IMG/VR virus record: IMGVR_UViG_3300027896_000193 | Location: 1-26,084 of that record | DNA: 26,084 nucleotides | DNA from: a virus | Lineage: Duplodnaviria; Caudoviricetes | Direction: 5' to 3' (one strand) | Part shown: positions 25,508-26,084 of the stretch, one piece after another | Position numbering within the stretch: the stretch's first letter is position 1 | How the letters are laid out: every line of letters begins with the position of its first letter | Made by a program: the position numbers and the translations under genes | Notes under the pieces: model-generated | The model's database searches: none | What the model was told of the DNA's origin: nothing | Seen by the model: the letters and a program-made list of their open reading frames with translations, nothing else

Positions 25508-26084
25508 TTACACGGAATAAAGCATAGGATTTGAGGGGCTTCGTACTTGATCTGGACATAAAAGCCTTCCCTTAATAAATCCATCGCTTTCTAGTTCCTT
25601 TAAAGCTCTTATAGTATAACTTATTCCTATGGACAGCTTTTTTGATAACTCTTTAGCTGAATAGGCAATGTTTGGGTTGTCTTGAATCTGTTGGTTGAGC
25701 ATGGTTTTCTTGCACAATTCTTCATCGGGCAGCATCTCCCCTTCTCGGACCCAAACGACATGAGCGCTCGTTGTTTCATCTGCTCTTTGTAATGAAAAAC
25801 CAGAACTTCCCCAGCGCTCGTCATCTTTTAGCTTCGAGCATGACATAGACACGTTGAAGGTTTTTTCGTGTGGTATCAGGTCAAGCATGAAGTCCATTGC
25901 TCCTCGAGCTGCTGTACTTCCTCTCTCAAGAACACCGTTTTTCCCCGTGTGGTGGATAAAAATTACCGTGCACCCAAGCTGTTCGACCGTCCTTCTGGTG
26001 TTTGACATGACGGATCCCACTTCTTCGGCGTCGTTTTCGTTACACCCTATTGTTGCCGAGTTAAAGGTGTCGATGATCAAGACA
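25508..26084 (-). CDS. RecA-fold AAA_25/RepA-like helicase with C-terminal winged HTH (start beyond the right edge)
   Basis: Walker B VLIIDT, IHHTGK, RGSTAARGAMD; YSAKELSKKLSIGISYTIRALKELESDGFI wHTH; frame open to the edge. Confidence 0.85.
   Translation of the reverse strand, partial: VLIIDTFNSATIGCNENDAEEVGSVMSNTRRTVEQLGCTVIFIHHTGKNGVLERGSTAARGAMDFMLDLIPHEKTFNVSMSCSKLKDDERWGSSGFSLQRADETTSAHVVWVREGEMLPDEELCKKTMLNQQIQDNPNIAYSAKELSKKLSIGISYTIRALKELESDGFIKGRLLCPDQVRSPSNPMLYSV

Larger units (their letters stand above)
1..26084 (-). mobile_element. Podovirus-like tailed phage/prophage segment
   Basis: Contiguous replication, packaging, head, tail-hub, ejection and fibre modules; no host housekeeping genes. 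Confidence 0.9.

Noticed and set aside
1-26084. Stop-codon reassignment (many genes end in TAG)
   Set aside because: Portal, MCP, hub and primase are full length under code 11, and TAG stops are followed by RBS/starts or terminators.

Overview
This window is ~26 kb of a tailed dsDNA (pro)phage with podovirus-like organisation, almost all on the minus strand. Read right to left: RecA/AAA_25-type helicase (cut by the edge), an iteron-rich putative origin, a Zn-finger/TOPRIM primase, small accessory genes, a small terminase, a plus-strand block (AAA_28-type kinase, PnuC-like membrane protein), portal, four small Lys-rich ORFs, a probable scaffold, an N4-gp56-type major capsid protein, head and tail-hub proteins, three ejection-type proteins, a plus-strand cluster of small membrane proteins, and tail/fibre genes (the last cut by the left edge). 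No large terminase, integrase or endolysin is visible. The most striking unannotated signal is two, possibly three, plus-strand small RNAs antisense to the late operon, each built as promoter, hairpin, terminator. The RNA at ~18973-19031 is complementary at 16/17 nt to the RBS and start codon of a stand-alone gene 4.2 kb away (23193). The RNA at ~12340-12407 exposes an anti-Shine-Dalgarno loop. Protein family calls come from motifs and synteny only; no searches were run. A Chlamydiae host is suspected but not shown.
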